From Escherichia phage MN01, in sequence record MT129652.1: a DNA stretch of 64,000 nucleotides, one strand, 5' to 3'. Position numbers and translations under genes: made by a program. Positions 63,363-64,000 of the stretch are shown here, piece after piece. Within the stretch, counting starts at the first letter, position 1. Every line of letters begins with the position of its first letter. The notes under the pieces were generated by a model. That model was not told the origin of the DNA. It searched no databases and worked only from the letters and a program-made list of their open reading frames with translations.

Positions 63363-63702
63363 TCTTGCATCGCATGTTTATCAATTGGCTGAATATAATA
63401 TTGGTGCCAATTTATTATTGGGGATTGTCACCGCCATGCTTGGTGGTTTGGTTGGTCTGGTAATGACCACGGTTATGGCTGCAATTGAGGGAGTCATGCC
63501 TATTGAGATGGGCTTCTTTATGATAATTGCTCCGGCTGTTGTGGCTTATTTTATCCCGGTTGTGTATGATATCTGTCACACAAATGCCGTGAATGCTCCC
63601 AGCCGTAAGAGATATGCTTTGGCAATGGCTGAGTATAATAAGTTCCTAGACAAAACAAAACGTAATGACCTTGAAACCTTTATTAAGGAATGTAAATCAT
63701 GA
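63349..63702 (+). CDS. small membrane protein (two hydrophobic helices)
   Basis: ATG at 63349 after AGGAGG RBS, overlapping the upstream stop; hydrophobic segments. Confidence 0.45.
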   Translation: MERPSLASHVYQLAEYNIGANLLLGIVTAMLGGLVGLVMTTVMAAIEGVMPIEMGFFMIIAPAVVAYFIPVVYDICHTNAVNAPSRKRYALAMAEYNKFLDKTKRNDLETFIKECKS

Positions 63703-63989
63703 ATAAAATTGAAATTGAAATCCCTGAATACAACGACGAGAAATCCGCAGAAAAAGCCATCTATGACTTGCTGGGTAAAGTAGACACCATCGAATCCAAA
63801 TGTGAAGAAATTGCCGATAAGTACGGTATCCAATTCGGTACCGGCGATTACGGCACTGGCCGTACATATCATCCAGTTGGTTATGAATGTTCTGAATGGT
63901 TCGCCCACCATATTGAAAACAACGGTGGCCAGGTTGAAAACGGAATCGTTACTGTTGGCGCCTGGGTTTCCTCTTCTGAGGTGTGTTAA
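63699..63989 (+). CDS. hypothetical protein
   Basis: 96 aa ORF with ATGA coupling. Confidence 0.45.
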   Translation: MNKIEIEIPEYNDEKSAEKAIYDLLGKVDTIESKCEEIADKYGIQFGTGDYGTGRTYHPVGYECSEWFAHHIENNGGQVENGIVTVGAWVSSSEVC

Positions 63990-64000
63990 TATGATGAATG

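Overview
This window reads as a T4-like (Tevenvirinae) myovirus late/structural region, in reverse orientation relative to the usual T4 map. Gene calls rest on my recognition of T4 protein sequences, on size and on synteny; no database search was possible. In order: a 5'-truncated alt, baseplate hub genes 54-48-29-28-27-51 (minus) and 26-25 (plus), uvsY, uvsW, an inh-like gene, two hoc-like genes, rnlB, two tandem copies of gene 24, head genes 23-22-21-68-67-20, tail genes 19-18, terminase 17-16, neck 15-14-13, a long fibritin (wac), baseplate genes 12 to 5, 53, then 4-2-3-1-57A-57B on the plus strand. Downstream of 57B (55.2-64 kb) is an accessory region of small early genes with two tRNAs and a structured-RNA candidate. 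The most interesting signal is a tandem array of five small genes whose N-termini closely match the T4 internal-protein capsid-targeting sequence (MKTYQEFI.E), fused to unrelated C-terminal domains, plus a sixth candidate with a late promoter; these are candidate capsid-packaged, injected effectors. Other points of note are repeated promoter/stem-loop cassettes, a conserved middle-promoter module found four times (two copies firing antisense into late genes 18 and 2), a duplicated gene 24, a second large AT-rich hoc-like gene, and in-frame tandem repeats in fibritin.
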